DNA from: a virus
Strand: one strand, 5' to 3'
Length of the DNA: 37,933 bases
IMG/VR virus record: IMGVR_UViG_3300009068_000006
Below the pieces are notes generated by a model. That model was given only the letters and a program-made list of their open reading frames with translations, had not been told where the DNA came from and searched no databases. Both the position numbers and the translations under genes were made by a program. Shown piece by piece: positions 18,235 to 26,158 of the stretch; positions within the stretch are counted from its first letter, which is position 1; every line of letters starts with the position of its first letter.

Positions 18235-18635
18235 TGTTTGGAGTAGATGACATCATTAGTGTAGGGATGAAAATCCTAGACAAAGTTATACCCGATCCAG
18301 CTGCAAAAGCTGAAGCACAAGCCAAGTTGTTAGAAATACAACAACAAGGCAGGATGGCTGAGTTGCAAGCAGACAATGTTGAAGCGCAAGAACTGTCAAA
18401 ACGACAAGCAGCAGATATGGGTAGTGATAGTTGGTTATCCAAAAATATACGCCCCATGACTCTCATAGCAATCTTAGCAGGGTACTTTATCTTTGCTGGT
18501 TTGTCTGCGGCTAAAATTGATGTCAATTCTGAATATGTACAGCTGCTTGGGCAGTGGGGTATGTTGATTATGTCTTTCTATTTCGGGGGTCGCACTTTGG
18601 AGAAGATAATGGATATGAAAGCTAAAAAAGAATGA
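18234..18635 (+). CDS. Holin, GTA-type 3-TM holin family
   Basis: The N-terminus ILDKVIPDPAAKAEAQAKLLEIQQQG, then SWLSKNIRPM, then hydrophobic segments match the pattern I know for the 'holin of 3 TMs, gene-transfer release' family. It lies directly upstream of, and overlaps, the endolysin gene. Confidence 0.7.
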   Translation: MFGVDDIISVGMKILDKVIPDPAAKAEAQAKLLEIQQQGRMAELQADNVEAQELSKRQAADMGSDSWLSKNIRPMTLIAILAGYFIFAGLSAAKIDVNSEYVQLLGQWGMLIMSFYFGGRTLEKIMDMKAKKE

Positions 18636-19219
18636 CCTATGACCAGTTAGATGCTTTAGGGATTGACCATAAATGGTTAGCTCCTTTGGAAGAAACCTTT
18701 GCTAAATACGATATTTCTACGCCTGTGCGCCAGGCAGCATTTATTGGTCAATGCGCCCATGAGTCGGGCAACTTTAAGACTCTGCAAGAAAACCTCAATT
18801 ACAGCGCTGAAGGGCTAATGAAAACATGGCCTAGCCGGTTTCCTACTAAAGAAGTGGCTGATCAATACGCCCGTCAGCCCGCTAAAATTGCTGGTAAGGT
18901 ATACAACGGGCGTTTAGGTAATACTAGCGAAGAAGAAGCTGCTAAATACTTAGGCAGGGGTTTGATTCAACTGACTGGCAAGGAAAACTATGCAAACTGC
19001 GGATCGGGTATTAATGTTGATCTTCTTGCTGACCCTACTCTATTGTTGGATCCACGATACGCTACGCTATCCGCAGGGTGGTTTTGGAACAAGAAAGGTT
19101 TAAACGCCCTAGCAGACGCGGGTGATGCAGTCACCATCACCAAACGTATCAATGGCGGCGCGCTGGGTCTAGATGACCGCCTAGCAAAGACAGATAAAGC
19201 GCTTAGGGTTCTTGCGTAA
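18632..19219 (+). CDS. Endolysin, glycoside hydrolase family 19 (chitinase-like lysozyme)
   Basis: Motifs AAFIGQCAHESGNF, LQENLNYS, GRGLIQLTGKENY and RINGGALGLDDR are GH19 phage endolysin landmarks that include both catalytic Glu positions. Confidence 0.85.
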   Translation: MTYDQLDALGIDHKWLAPLEETFAKYDISTPVRQAAFIGQCAHESGNFKTLQENLNYSAEGLMKTWPSRFPTKEVADQYARQPAKIAGKVYNGRLGNTSEEEAAKYLGRGLIQLTGKENYANCGSGINVDLLADPTLLLDPRYATLSAGWFWNKKGLNALADAGDAVTITKRINGGALGLDDRLAKTDKALRVLA

Positions 19220-19292
19220 TTAAGTAAACAATAATAAAACCCATCGCTACAATCAGTATCCCTGCAAACGCCATGCACTCATCGTTAGTCAT
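19203..19292 (-). CDS. Small membrane peptide (29 aa, MTNDECMAFAGILIVAMGFIIVYLITQEP)
   Basis: Hand-translated. Its ATG overlaps the stop of the upstream 69-aa gene (ATGA at 19289-19292). Its 3' end overlaps the convergent endolysin stop by 17 nt. Confidence 0.3.
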   Translation of the reverse strand: MTNDECMAFAGILIVAMGFIIVYLITQEP

Positions 19293-19498
19293 CTAACCCG
19301 AGCTACTCTAGCTTTTTTAAGCGCCATTTCGTATTCTATTTTGGCAATATCGTCTAAACGCCGTAATGGCAATTCTTGAAAATATTTGTATTTAGCTTGG
19401 TATTCTAAGAGTTCAGACGGGCGTATCCACCCGTATTTTTTAGCCCATCGTTCTTCTATATTGGTACCAGATGCAGTCCATATATGTTCGTTATTCAT
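19289..19498 (-). CDS. Hypothetical early protein (69 aa)
   Basis: ORF in the minus-strand operon. No motif recognised. Confidence 0.5.
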   Translation of the reverse strand: MNNEHIWTASGTNIEERWAKKYGWIRPSELLEYQAKYKYFQELPLRRLDDIAKIEYEMALKKARVARVR

Positions 19499-19514
19499 TC
19501 AATCCCCTTTCAGG

Positions 19515-19793
19515 TCAAAACATACTAACGGGTTTAGGATGACAAGCTACATCAACAATAATGTCGGTGCTTAGGCTAGACGATCCAATACGCCGTTTTG
19601 CAAATACTAACACCGCCCGCATATTATTACCCGTACATTCTTGACTAGCCAGAATAACCTCGCTCCTAGACATCGCCTGGACGCTTGGGTCAATAATCAA
19701 AGTTTGTATGGGGGCTGCGGATTGATATTGAACTGGCGGTATTGATGTGCAAGCGCACATAACAAAAGGCACCAAAAGTATCATTTTTTTCAT
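19515..19793 (-). CDS. Secreted protein or lipoprotein (92 aa)
   Basis: N-terminal signal-like MKKMILLVPFVMCAC|TS with Cys residues at the end of the hydrophobic core. The lipobox is non-canonical. Confidence 0.5.
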   Translation of the reverse strand: MKKMILLVPFVMCACTSIPPVQYQSAAPIQTLIIDPSVQAMSRSEVILASQECTGNNMRAVLVFAKRRIGSSSLSTDIIVDVACHPKPVSMF

Positions 19794-19933
19794 TTCAAAC
19801 TCCTGTTAAGTTGACGATAGGCCTCAATGGCGTCCTTTAATTCTTTTTTTAATTCGGTTATTTCTGTAAAACTTTGCTGTGCAAAACGCTCTAAATTCTC
19901 ACGGCTCCAGGTGCTAAAGTCGGGCGCGGTCAT
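19790..19933 (-). CDS. Small helical protein (47 aa, MTAPDFSTWSRENLERFAQQSFTEITELKKELKDAIEAYRQLNRSLK)
   Basis: Hand-translated. ATGA overlaps occur at both ends, 19930-19933 and 19790-19793. Confidence 0.4.
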   Translation of the reverse strand: MTAPDFSTWSRENLERFAQQSFTEITELKKELKDAIEAYRQLNRSLK

Positions 19934-20124
19934 GGCTTTACCGCCAAACTCATAAGCTCAATACGCTCGCGGGACACCCGCAAGACGTTATAGCGCTGGT
20001 GCAAGCGTTGCAATACAGACGACCGCTTCTCATTTAACTTTTCAAAATCAAGCAAAGACAACACTTCAGCCTCGCTCATCATGGAAAGTTGGTTATTTAA
20101 CGCCCGCCAACTTAGCTTCTTCAT
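19930..20124 (-). CDS. Hypothetical early protein (64 aa from MKKLSWRALNN…)
   Basis: Track ORF 19930..20160. I preferred the second MKK start at 20124. No motif recognised. Confidence 0.45.
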   Translation of the reverse strand: MKKLSWRALNNQLSMMSEAEVLSLLDFEKLNEKRSSVLQRLHQRYNVLRVSRERIELMSLAVKP

Positions 20125-20254
20125 TTTTAATCCTTTCTTTAAGGGCTTTAATTTCTTCAATGGTTCTAGTTAACGCCCTAGCCGCCGTGCCATAGTTACG
20201 CACCCGAATTACGCTTTCAGCTTGCTTTAGCTTTAGCTTTGCTTTTAGTTGCAT
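20093..20254 (-). CDS. Possible small coiled-coil protein (53 aa, MQLKAKLKLKQAES…EEAKLAGVK)
   Basis: Hand-translated ORF that fills the gap between two genes. It overlaps the next gene's 5' end by 32 nt in another frame. Lys-rich low complexity makes it uncertain. Confidence 0.25.
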   Translation of the reverse strand: MQLKAKLKLKQAESVIRVRNYGTAARALTRTIEEIKALKERIKNEEAKLAGVK

Positions 20255-20262
20255 TAATCTTT

Positions 20263-20511
20263 TCACTTTGTAGCCTTTCTTAGTATTGCTCTAGCAAACT
20301 TAATAAAAGAATCTTGATAATCACGCACTTGAAAAGTTGTATCAAAGATTTCTGTTATTTCCTCATCTGTTAGTTCTTTTACTAGATGGGTGTAGAGTGG
20401 CGTTGTAATTCCCATGTTTTCCACTTCATTTTCGGACACACAATCCGCTAAATACAATGCTTCATCCTTGAATCTATTTAAATTAATCCACGCTACTGGT
20501 TCATTGTTCAT
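20263..20511 (-). CDS. Hypothetical early protein (82 aa)
   Basis: ATGA overlap with the SNF2 stop. Contains the EPVAW…TPLYTH…LTDEEI pattern common in small phage proteins of unknown function. Confidence 0.55.
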   Translation of the reverse strand: MNNEPVAWINLNRFKDEALYLADCVSENEVENMGITTPLYTHLVKELTDEEITEIFDTTFQVRDYQDSFIKFARAILRKATK

Positions 20512-21842
20512 TTCAATTCCTCAAGTGCAATATCAGATAACGCCCGTTTATCCTTCAGAGCGTCCCAAATCCTCAAATCAATCGTTTTATTGGTCAATAA
20601 AAGGTAAACCCATACATCATGCTTTTGACCACTGCGATGCAACCTGCCAATAGTTTGCTCGTACAACTCTAGGCTCCAGGGCAGGGATACAAAGACCATC
20701 TTGCACCCGCCATGCTGAAGATTGAGGCCATGCCCTGCTGACTTAGGGTGAATCAATAGCAACTCTACCGTGCCATCATTCCAACGCTCAATGGCCCTAG
20801 TGTCATTGATCGTCTGGGCGTTGGGGTAACGACGCTTGAGTTCAGCCAATTCCTCAACGTAGTTGTAGACAATGATGGTGTTGGCGTGTTGGTTTTCCGC
20901 AAGCAACTCATCAAGCAAGTCAAACTTGTGAGTGCTAAACCACATAGGCGTCTTAGTCACGTTCATGCGCCCAGGGCGATTTGATGCCGTTGTAACCGTT
21001 TCGTAGACCCAACCGCCTGCCATCTGCTGCAACTTGCCTGTGACCACGCCTGCATTGACTGCGGTGATCTGTACGTCCTTAAACTCAATGACAAAATCCT
21101 TTTTCATTTTCTCGTACGGCTCGCGGTCAGCCAAATCGCATTTCATTTCAATTACGTGGCATGGCGGGAGCTTGTCAGCGTATTCGCCTGCGTCTAACAG
21201 GAATGTTGCAGGTTTGATTCGTTCCATAACTTTTCCTAATGAGCCTACCCGAGGCTCCCACTCGCCAAAGTCCTTATTGACTAGGACAAAATACTGTTGC
21301 ATAAACGCACCTTTAGCGCGCCCAAGCAGATCTTGATTGACGATCTTGCATTGCCCGAACACATCCTCAAGCCCATTGCTTGTAAACGAGCCTGTAAGCC
21401 CCCAACGGATGTTGATGGTGTCTACTACCTTAGCTAATGCCTTAAAGCGCTTGCCTGACGGATTCTTGAGCTTGGTTAGCTCATCAAACACTACGGCGTC
21501 AAAATCTAAGAATTGTTCTGTTAGCCATTCAATGTTGTCGTAGTTAACTACCACCACGTTAGTCTTGCTACGCAGCGCTTTAAGACGCGCAGCAGGCGCG
21601 CCTACCGCAACACTTAGGGATAACCCTGATGCCCACTTGGGTTGTTCTACAGGCCACACATCCGTACAGACGCGCTTAGGGGCAAGGACAAGCCAACGCT
21701 TGACTAACCCCTGCTTGATGGCGTCTTGCATGGCTGCAAGCGTTAGCGCCGTCTTGCCAGCGCCTACGGGCGCGAGGATCATAGCGCGGTTGTTCTCATA
21801 CAAGAAATCGGCTGCCGTTTCCTGATAATCGCGTAACTTCAT
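20508..21842 (-). CDS. SNF2/DEAD-like superfamily-2 helicase
   Basis: Motif I LAPVGAGKT, motif II VVFDELTKL, motif III WGLTGS, motif V SAGHGLNLQ and motif VI QTIGRLHRSGQ. Confidence 0.85.
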   Translation of the reverse strand: MKLRDYQETAADFLYENNRAMILAPVGAGKTALTLAAMQDAIKQGLVKRWLVLAPKRVCTDVWPVEQPKWASGLSLSVAVGAPAARLKALRSKTNVVVVNYDNIEWLTEQFLDFDAVVFDELTKLKNPSGKRFKALAKVVDTINIRWGLTGSFTSNGLEDVFGQCKIVNQDLLGRAKGAFMQQYFVLVNKDFGEWEPRVGSLGKVMERIKPATFLLDAGEYADKLPPCHVIEMKCDLADREPYEKMKKDFVIEFKDVQITAVNAGVVTGKLQQMAGGWVYETVTTASNRPGRMNVTKTPMWFSTHKFDLLDELLAENQHANTIIVYNYVEELAELKRRYPNAQTINDTRAIERWNDGTVELLLIHPKSAGHGLNLQHGGCKMVFVSLPWSLELYEQTIGRLHRSGQKHDVWVYLLLTNKTIDLRIWDALKDKRALSDIALEELK

Positions 21843-22135
21843 AAGTCAACTATCCATTGCATGATTTGCTCTTTAGTCCATAAACAAGCGTATTTTTGCT
21901 TTAGCGACCACATTTCATCCGCAAATACATCTTGCATAGGCGATAGATGACCGCCTTTAGGACGCTTGATCTCGATAAACCACGTATCGCCATTAGGCAA
22001 ACAAGCAATTCGATCAGCAACCCCACGCTGGCTAACAGACTTAAATTTATAAGTCTTGCCGCCAATCGAGGCAACGGCCCAAACAAAGTATTTTTCAATC
22101 TCTGTTTCTCTTTCAGGTTTATTTTGTGTTTTCAT
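21839..22135 (-). CDS. VRR-NUC domain nuclease (98 aa)
   Basis: GVADRIACLPNGDTWFIEIKRPKGGHLSPMQ is the PD-(D/E)XK D…E-x-K core in VRR-NUC form. I preferred the start at MKTQNK (22135) over the track start at 22189. ATGA overlap with the SNF2 start. Confidence 0.7.
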   Translation of the reverse strand: MKTQNKPERETEIEKYFVWAVASIGGKTYKFKSVSQRGVADRIACLPNGDTWFIEIKRPKGGHLSPMQDVFADEMWSLKQKYACLWTKEQIMQWIVDL

Positions 22136-22208
22136 GTTAAAAAGTTTAGCACAGATTAAAAAGCTGTGGTAAAGTTTAATCTCAGTCAACTAAAGTAAAG
22201 GAAACAAA
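22136..22208. promoter_or_regulatory. Divergent promoter region between the two replication/recombination operons
   Basis: A 73-bp AT-rich spacer between back-to-back starts at 22135 (-) and 22209 (+). There is a plus-strand sigma70-like candidate: TTAGCA (22146-22151), an 18-nt spacer, then an extended -10 TGgTAAAGT (22167-22175). AAAGTTTA is repeated at 22141 and 22171. Confidence 0.4.
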
Positions 22209-23348
22209 ATGAACGATGTAGTCCAACATTCCCGTGTAGTTGGTGGTTCTACCGCCAAACGTGTTATCAGTTGCCCAGGCTCTGTAGCCTTGTGCGACAA
22301 GATGCCTTCCAAGCCTAGCAGCAAATACGCTGACGAAGGCACCCTCTTACATAGCGTCATGGATAAGATCCTTGCCGATGGCGTAACGCCTGAGTCATTG
22401 ATCGGTATGCAGTATGAGGGCATTAGCCTAACCCAAGAATTGCTTGATGAGAAGATTTACCCTGCTCTTAAAGCCTTAGATGAAATTGACCCAAATAAGG
22501 AGATGGAATATGCGACCGAAACACGTGTTGGCTTTGGTGACCTTTTGCCTGGTGTGTTTGGCAGTACCGATTTGCTTGGTCGTATTGGGAAACGCGCTTT
22601 CATTTTGGATTGGAAGTTTGGTAGCGGAGTTCCAGTGGGCGCAGAAGATAATCCTCAACTGATGTTTTATGCCGCCGCAGCTATGCGGACACCCGAGGTG
22701 CAATGGGTGTTTAAGGACATAGAAGAAATCGAGTGCATCATTGTGCAACCGCCGTCTGTAAAGCGTTGGGTTACAACAACTAAACGCATCAAACTGTTTG
22801 AGCAGGAGCTAGCAACGGCGGTCAAGATCAGCCAAATGCCTGACGCGCCACTAAACGCAGGTGATCATTGCCGTTGGTGTGCTGCCAAGCCTACTTGCCC
22901 TAAGATGACAGGCATGGCCGACCGCGCTTTAGCTCTAGCCATTGGCGACATTGATGCTATGCAAATTAGTCGTTATCTGACAAAAGCCAGTATGTTAGAA
23001 CAATGGATTACCGACCTACGCGCCCTAGCGCACACCATGTTAGAAGCCGGCGCTGTTGTGCCTGACTGGAAGTTAGTCGCTAAGCGTGCTACGCGCCAAT
23101 GGGCTGACGATGATCAGGCTTTGGTTGCAATGCTTAACGAGGGTATACCCGAGGAGGAGCTATTAACAACTAAAGTAATATCGCCTGCTCAGGCAGAAAA
23201 AGTATTGAAAAAGCATGGTAAGCAATTGCCTGCCAATCAAGTAGTAGCAGTAAGCAGTGGCAGTACGTTGGTCGAGGAGTCAGATTCAAGACCGGCGGTA
23301 TTACAAATCGGGCAGCAACTTACCGCAGCCCTTTCTAAAATTCAATAA
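22209..23348 (+). CDS. Cas4/RecB-like PD-(D/E)XK exonuclease with a Cys cluster (DUF2800-like)
   Basis: N-terminal ISCPGS Cys, a nuclease core GSTDLLGR…FILDWKFG, and a C-terminal C-x2-C-x5-C (HCRWCAAKPTCPK), as in Cas4/AddB-type Fe-S nucleases. AAAGGAAA RBS. Confidence 0.7.
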   Translation: MNDVVQHSRVVGGSTAKRVISCPGSVALCDKMPSKPSSKYADEGTLLHSVMDKILADGVTPESLIGMQYEGISLTQELLDEKIYPALKALDEIDPNKEMEYATETRVGFGDLLPGVFGSTDLLGRIGKRAFILDWKFGSGVPVGAEDNPQLMFYAAAAMRTPEVQWVFKDIEEIECIIVQPPSVKRWVTTTKRIKLFEQELATAVKISQMPDAPLNAGDHCRWCAAKPTCPKMTGMADRALALAIGDIDAMQISRYLTKASMLEQWITDLRALAHTMLEAGAVVPDWKLVAKRATRQWADDDQALVAMLNEGIPEEELLTTKVISPAQAEKVLKKHGKQLPANQVVAVSSGSTLVEESDSRPAVLQIGQQLTAALSKIQ

Positions 23349-23360
23349 GGACTAAAAATC

Positions 23361-24023
23361 ATGTCAAATATCACAACATTCTCAGGTGCAAACCTTCCTT
23401 CAGTAAAGTCACTAGCAACAGCGTTGCGTACCATTGAAACCGATGTAGGCGGTGCAGGCACTGTCATCATCAAGATGGACAAAACAGGTCATTGGGTATT
23501 CGGTGCAGAGCAGACCGAGATCGAAGATGACTCTACTTGGGCAGTTAATCCTTTCTCATTCGTTCACGGCTATATTGCGTGGGGTGATGGCGAAGTGTTG
23601 GCTGAGAAGATGGTCAGCGTAAGCCAGCCATTGCCTGAACTCGAAGCAGCGCCTCCTGGTGCCAAAAAGGGTTGGGAAACGCAGGTCGGTATGTCTATCA
23701 AGTGCTTAACAGGCGCTGATGCAGATATGGAAGCGCGTTATACCACAACGTCAGTTGGCGGTAAAAAAGCGGTTCAAGCGTTAGCAGTTGCAATCGCCAC
23801 ACAAGTAGAAAAAGATCAGGAGAATCCTGTTCCTGTAGTTGAGTTGGGTAAAGAGCATTACACCCACAAGTCTTATGGCCGTATCTTTACGCCTGTATTT
23901 AAGGTAATGGATTGGTCAGGCATGGATGGTTCAACAGCAACAGAACCTAACTTGGAGATTGAATCTGAGTTTGAAGAAGATACGCCTGTTGAAGCTAAAC
24001 CTGCACGCCGTCGTCGCGGTTAA
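23361..24023 (+). CDS. Replication-module protein of unknown function (220 aa), possible ssDNA-binding/annealing partner
   Basis: AAGGA RBS. Lies between the nuclease and the polymerase. It has an acidic C-terminal tail (EIESEFEEDTPVE) that ends in RRRRG. The functional guess rests on position only. Confidence 0.4.
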   Translation: MSNITTFSGANLPSVKSLATALRTIETDVGGAGTVIIKMDKTGHWVFGAEQTEIEDDSTWAVNPFSFVHGYIAWGDGEVLAEKMVSVSQPLPELEAAPPGAKKGWETQVGMSIKCLTGADADMEARYTTTSVGGKKAVQALAVAIATQVEKDQENPVPVVELGKEHYTHKSYGRIFTPVFKVMDWSGMDGSTATEPNLEIESEFEEDTPVEAKPARRRRG

Positions 24024-24129
24024 ATGAATAGGGGTGGTTAGGCAGACCCTCGAGGATGTTGCAAGTGTGCTTTTTTTCTGCCTTCCGGCACGCGCGCAAT
24101 AGCAACCAAATCGACACCCCTACCTATTT

Positions 24130-26100
24130 ATGACAATACTTTGGCTTGATTACGAAACACGCTCACGGTGCGATTTACGCACCCGTGGGTCTTATAACTA
24201 TGCTCAGGATCCAAGCACCGAAATCATTTGTATGGCGTATGCTTTTGATGATGAGGACGTTGTTCTATGGACGCCTAACCAACCTTTTTCTAAGCGCATA
24301 GCACAACACTTTTTTACCCAAGATCAGATCAGGGCGCACAATGCAGGCTTTGATCGCCTCATTACCGAGTTCGTCCTATGCCAAGATTTCAAGGTGCCTA
24401 CCCCTGTGTTGTCGCAGTGGTATTGCACGGCAGCACAAGCGCGGGCTAACTGCGCGCCAGGCTCACTTGAGGACGTTGGGCGCTTTGCTAGCAGCAGTAT
24501 GCGTAAGGATCACCGAGGCAATCAATTGATCCGTCTGTTGTGTATCCCCAAGGCAGATGGTACATTCAATACAGACCCCACCTTGTTGGCAGAAATGGGT
24601 AACTACGCTCTACAGGATGTGAGAACCATGCGGGCTATCTCACAAGCGATGCGCCAGTTGTCCGATGAGGAGTTGCTTGATTACCAAATCAACGAGCGCA
24701 TCAATGATCGCGGTGTGTTGCTTGATAAGCCCCTGTGCGAGGCCGCAGTGCGTTATGCTGACGAGGAATTACAAGAGATTGAGCAGATTGTTGCTGAAGT
24801 AACGCAAGGTGAGATCACCTCGGTTCGTAGCCCTAAAATGCGTGAATGGGTGCTTGAGCGCGTTGGCGACGAAGCTAAAAAATTAATGGAAGTGTATAAA
24901 GATGGCAATAAGAAATATTCGATCGACAAGTCAGTTCGAGCTAACCTACTTATTTTTGCTGAAGAAAACCCCGATGAGATACCGCCGGAAGTTGCGGATG
25001 TTATCCAATGTGCGGACGACCTATGGGCGTCTAGTGTTGCGAAATTTAAACGATTAAAGGATTTAGCCGATGAAGAAGATCACCGCGTTCGTGGGGCGTT
25101 TGTTTTCGCAGGTGGAAGCGCTACAGGCAGAGCCAGTAGCTACGGCGCCCAAGTCCACAACTTCACCCGAAGGTGCGTTCAGGATCCTGATGCCGTTAGA
25201 CAAGCTATGGTTAGAGGCCACGCAGTTGTCCCTACCTTTGGAAAGCGGGTCACGGACGTACTCAAAGGTATGCTTCGACCCGCCCTTATCCCTAGACGAG
25301 GCTGCTCGCTGGTTGTTGCCGATTGGTCAGGAATCGAAGCAAGAGTTAACCCCTGGCTATCAAACTGTGATGCAGGTATCAAGAAGCTATCTCTCTTTGC
25401 ACGTGGAGAGGACGTCTATAAAGTTAACGCCTCCGCAACTTTCTACGTCGCTGTCGAAGAAGTTACAAGCGACCAAAGACAAATTGGCAAAGTACAAGAG
25501 TTAGCCTGTGGATTTGCAGGCGGTGTGGGCGCGTTTGCGGCAATGGGTAGAGCCTATGGCATATTACTACCTGAGCCACAAGCCAAGCGTATGGTTGCAG
25601 GCTGGCGTGCAGCTAATCCGTGGGCGCTTCCATATTGGCAAGACTTAGAATCAGCTTACACAAGGGCGATGCGTAACCCTAAGCATGAATTTGGCGCGGG
25701 TAGGGTTACCTATATGTACGATGGTCAGCATCTTTGGTATGCTCTACCTTCGGGCAGAGTTCTTTGTTACCCATTTGCTAAATTAGATGCAGATGGCGTC
25801 ACCTACGCTAAAGCTGCATGGAAGCCCGCAGCCGATGCAAAAGAATGGCCAAGAGCAAGATTGTGGAAAGGATTAGCCTGTGAAAATATCACCCAAGCCG
25901 TTGCCAATGATTTACTTAGACATTCTTTACGTCAATTGGATAATGTCGTATTACACGTACATGATGAAATTGTGGTCGAAACAGATAGACCCGAAGAAGT
26001 AACACTTGAGATGGAGCGTGTGATGTGTACGCCGCCCGATTGGGCTACAGGGATACCCTTAGGCGTAGAGATTTATGCAATGCAGCGGTACGGAAAATAA
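24130..26100 (+). CDS. Family-A DNA polymerase with 3'-5' exonuclease domain
   Basis: Exo I WLDYETRS, Exo II HNAGFD, Exo III YALQDV. Polymerase motif A VVADWSGIEARV, motif B RQIGKVQELACGFAGG and motif C VLHVHDEIVVE. Confidence 0.9.
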   Translation: MTILWLDYETRSRCDLRTRGSYNYAQDPSTEIICMAYAFDDEDVVLWTPNQPFSKRIAQHFFTQDQIRAHNAGFDRLITEFVLCQDFKVPTPVLSQWYCTAAQARANCAPGSLEDVGRFASSSMRKDHRGNQLIRLLCIPKADGTFNTDPTLLAEMGNYALQDVRTMRAISQAMRQLSDEELLDYQINERINDRGVLLDKPLCEAAVRYADEELQEIEQIVAEVTQGEITSVRSPKMREWVLERVGDEAKKLMEVYKDGNKKYSIDKSVRANLLIFAEENPDEIPPEVADVIQCADDLWASSVAKFKRLKDLADEEDHRVRGAFVFAGGSATGRASSYGAQVHNFTRRCVQDPDAVRQAMVRGHAVVPTFGKRVTDVLKGMLRPALIPRRGCSLVVADWSGIEARVNPWLSNCDAGIKKLSLFARGEDVYKVNASATFYVAVEEVTSDQRQIGKVQELACGFAGGVGAFAAMGRAYGILLPEPQAKRMVAGWRAANPWALPYWQDLESAYTRAMRNPKHEFGAGRVTYMYDGQHLWYALPSGRVLCYPFAKLDADGVTYAKAAWKPAADAKEWPRARLWKGLACENITQAVANDLLRHSLRQLDNVVLHVHDEIVVETDRPEEVTLEMERVMCTPPDWATGIPLGVEIYAMQRYGK

Positions 26101-26108
26101 AATAAAAA

Positions 26109-26132
26109 CCCCCTAGTTTTTAGGCTAGGGGG
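26109..26132 (+). other. Intergenic 8-bp GC-rich hairpin between polA and the primase-helicase gene
   Basis: CCCCCTAG (26109-26116), an 8-nt loop, then CTAGGGGG (26125-26132). It is preceded by an A-run but has no T-run on the plus strand, so it is not a canonical plus-strand terminator. Confidence 0.5.
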
Positions 26133-26158
26133 CAACCCTCACGAAAGGTAGTCCATAA

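Noticed and set aside
22190-22423. Minus-strand 77-aa ORF overlapping the start of the Cas4-like nuclease gene
   Set aside because: It overlaps a motif-supported plus-strand gene and would sit inside the divergent promoter region. It has no RBS.
24024-24129. Possible terminator between the 220-aa gene and polA (AGGCAGA…TCTGCCT)
   Set aside because: The 7-bp arms are separated by a ~27-nt loop, and the T-run lies inside the loop rather than after the stem, so it is not a convincing intrinsic terminator.
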